Shown: in pieces, positions 61,557 through 64,000 of the stretch
Layout of the letters: every line of letters begins with the position of its first letter
Position numbering within the stretch: position 1 is the first letter of the stretch
NCBI GenBank assembly: GCA_964270895.1
Contig: OZ185437.1
Length of the DNA stretch: 64,000 nt
Reading direction: 5' to 3' (one strand)
Source: Podarcis filfolensis
Taxonomy: Eukaryota
The notes under the pieces: model-generated
Told to the model about the DNA's origin: nothing
Database searches by the model: none
The model's input: the letters and a program-made list of their open reading frames with translations, nothing else
Position numbers and translations under genes: made by a program

Positions 61557-61841
61557 GTAGCAGCTGTAAATTTTGAATTTTTAAGGCAGCAACACAAAAA
61601 TATCAAATATTTTCCCCCTTCATCTTGACAGTGTTTTTAAAAATCGATGTGGACTCTTAATGCACCTGAAACAGAAGAACTACAACTAGTGTATATTGTG
61701 TCTTTTATGGGTAAATGGGATCCCCTTTTTGAGAAATTAGAACCTGTTGCTATAAAGAGCGAATTTTGGTTTGTACACAATGAACATTCAGAAAGGCCTG
61801 CATATAAGAATATAAAGGGAAATATTAGTCCTCCTTCATAC

Positions 61842-61972
61842 CTGCCCTTGTTTCATGTGTACATTCAGGAATTCTCCATTTATACTGTGTGCATGCATCA
61901 GGATTCCTGAACTGCTTCGAGGACGGATTTCAAAAATAACTTCAAATTTCAGCCCCAAACTGAAGGATTCAT
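61842..61972 (-). CDS. LAMA4: LAMA4 exon (LG5 start)
   Basis: DESFSLGLKFEVIFEIRPRSSSGILMHAHSINGEFLNVHMKQGQ|gtatga; missed by the ORF track. Confidence 0.96.
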
Positions 61973-62747
61973 CTGTAGGAGAAAATCATGACAAATCACA
62001 GAATGATTTTGTGTTTGTTTGTTTTTTGCACCAGAGTTAACTGGAAAAAAAATAGTCACCTGCTGCAGGACATAAAGATTAACTATGACTTCCAATTGTG
62101 TATATTTCTTAAATATTTTTCATCTTGGGAATATGAGCCCCCCCTTGATAGCCTCAAGGAATGATGATTAAGAGCCTTACTCTTCAATTCTTGCTTGAAT
62201 TTGTATTTGGTGGTATCCAGTTAACTTAAGCCAGTATCATGGCTAAAGTTATGACCATTTATTTCAGTGGGTATCAATGGGTTCTACTGTATATTATGTA
62301 TATTAGCAGAATTTCAGTCCATTGCCACTTGAGCAATGTGCTGGTTTTGTGAGAGGGCATGGCTCCACGCTTATCCATTTTTAGGTGAGCAACCCCTAGG
62401 CACTATTTATGAATTTATAATCTGTGGCATTGATGGTGACATCCGCAGTTCCTATGCTACAGTAAAGCCAAAGACTAATGGCTAACGGCTGGACAGTGCC
62501 CACTAGCGCTGCCACTGAAATGACTGGAATCTCTTCCTCCAATGAGGCAGGTTATCTGGAGCAAGGCGGGAGTGTGTGGAGCAAATGATTCTACTGTATG
62601 CTAATAAGACTACATGGCACCCAGCATAATTTTCATATAATAGTTTCATTTCAATTTAATTATGTCTCCCCCCACCCCTTCACTAGGCAATTGGTATCAA
62701 TTCAGGCATCAGTCTGATGGAATAGTCAATCGTTAGTGATACATTAC

Positions 62748-62907
62748 CAAGTATAATGTATCCTCCTTCTGATGAAAAATATGTTCCTTCTTCTGATAGG
62801 CCTTCAAAACAAGGAGTTACGCTAAAAGTTTGTGAAGGAGAAGTGACTGGTCTTCCATTGAGCTGTAAACTGCCGAGACAACCACTAAAACTGTAGACGG
62901 AGTTGAT
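62748..62907 (-). CDS. LAMA4: LAMA4 exon (LG4 end/linker)
   Basis: INSVYSFSGCLGSLQLNG...TPCFEGLSEEGTYFSSEGGYIIL|gtaatg. Confidence 0.96.
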
Positions 62908-63370
62908 CTGATAAAACAAAACAGAATAAGCAAAATAGTAAAAGAAGTAAAAGAAAAGCCTTTGGCCTTTCCATTTGCTTAGGTGTACAAGTGTTAATGG
63001 ATACTTTTTCAAAAAAGCAATTTAAGGCCAAAAGGAATAGTGGGAGTAATAATGAAATGGCCTATGATTCTCACAGTCTGCTTGGTTCTTTTTGTTAGTG
63101 TCAAAGCAGCCTAAGTTATTTTCTAATCATATAACTGGAGGTTCTAGTCTAATCTCATTTGATGTAGGAAGTTTGGAATGAGATCATTGCCAATGAATCC
63201 AGAATATACTAGTGCTAACAGATTCAAATGCAGGATATATTCTGATTCATTGCAAATTGTCTCCAGTAGATGCAGAGCTTTAAAACATTTCTGTCCAGTT
63301 AGTTCCCATGTTATAAATGTTGCTCTGGATCTTAATATATGCAGGCTTTGTTGTAGAAAAATACTTTTAC

Positions 63371-63526
63371 CTGGATATTTTTGGCAGCTTTTCCTGGTGC
63401 CACACCCCCTACGTAAAAGGGTCTAGCAACTTGCCATGCTTTATCAAAAGAAGGAAGACTGTCTTCAAGTACCCGGAGACCATCAATTGTCAAGCGGCCA
63501 ATATTTTTCTCCCGAACAAACATTAC
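63371..63526 (-). CDS. LAMA4: LAMA4 exon (LG4)
   Basis: VMFVREKNIGRLTIDGLRVLEDSLP...YVGGVAPGKAAKNIQ|gtaaaa. Confidence 0.96.
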
Positions 63527-63781
63527 CTAAAAAAAGGCAGAGGTGAAGTCAACATTAGCATACAGAGACTAGTATATAATATAGAATTGTATAGCATCAT
63601 ATGTATTTTAGAGGAGACTGTTTGATTTGTTCCACTACTTTAGAAACTCTTCATCCACTTCTCAAGTGGGAGCCTGGTATTTTATTGCAATAAATCCCAA
63701 ATGTTTTGACAGACAGATTTTATGTTTCTTTGGAATAGCACTTTTCTAAAGCACATCATAATCTTTTCTCTTCCCACTTAC

Positions 63782-63971
63782 ATTGTGCCATTGGTCATCA
63801 TTGTACTTCTCCTGGCTTCTAATTCTTAATTTCCGGTAGCCACTGTTGAACATAAAAACCAGACGGCCGTGGGCAATAAAAAGGGCCATGAAATTTTCCT
63901 CCTCTTGATCAGAGACATAGAAGATCATTCCATGGGATGAGTGAGTCTTCAGGCTAATGGAAAACTGAGAT
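63782..63971 (-). CDS. LAMA4: LAMA4 exon (LG4); gene continues beyond the window
   Basis: SQFSISLKTHSSHGMIFYVSDQEEENFMALFIAHGRLVFMFNSG...SQEKYNDDQWHN|gtaagt. Confidence 0.96.
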
Positions 63972-64000
63972 CTGTCAAACAAAAACGGCACTTTAATATG

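Overview
Vertebrate genomic DNA. The repeat types (CR1, L2, tRNA-derived SINEs with CR1 tails, hAT/Tigger MITEs) suggest a squamate reptile, probably a lacertid lizard (inference). The window matches the conserved FYN - CCN6(WISP3) - TUBE1 - [FAM229B] - LAMA4 block. It contains: (1) a CpG island with the probable non-coding first exon of FYN (minus, ~14.1-14.6 kb; bases 1-14082 would be FYN intron 1); (2) complete CCN6 (plus, 5 coding exons, 35283-42256, 350 aa); (3) complete TUBE1/epsilon-tubulin (minus, 12 exons, 44146-54653, 474 aa); (4) the last 7 exons of LAMA4 (minus, LG4-LG5, 58438-63971). Exon boundaries were checked by hand for GT-AG and frame. No intact FAM229B was found; there is only a candidate degenerate terminal exon at its syntenic position. 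The best lead is a 7-nt candidate microexon 21 nt upstream of the CCN6 IGFBP exon. It has a strong acceptor and a perfect donor and splices in frame to exon 3, predicting a mutually exclusive secreted CCN6 isoform without the IGFBP module. Other leads: overlapping convergent CCN6/TUBE1 poly(A) signals, a solo LTR with a 106-codon acidic/basic open frame, a Helitron-like family with a variable number of internal units, and a MITE carrying CCCTAA repeats. All comparisons to human or other sequences are from memory, not database searches.
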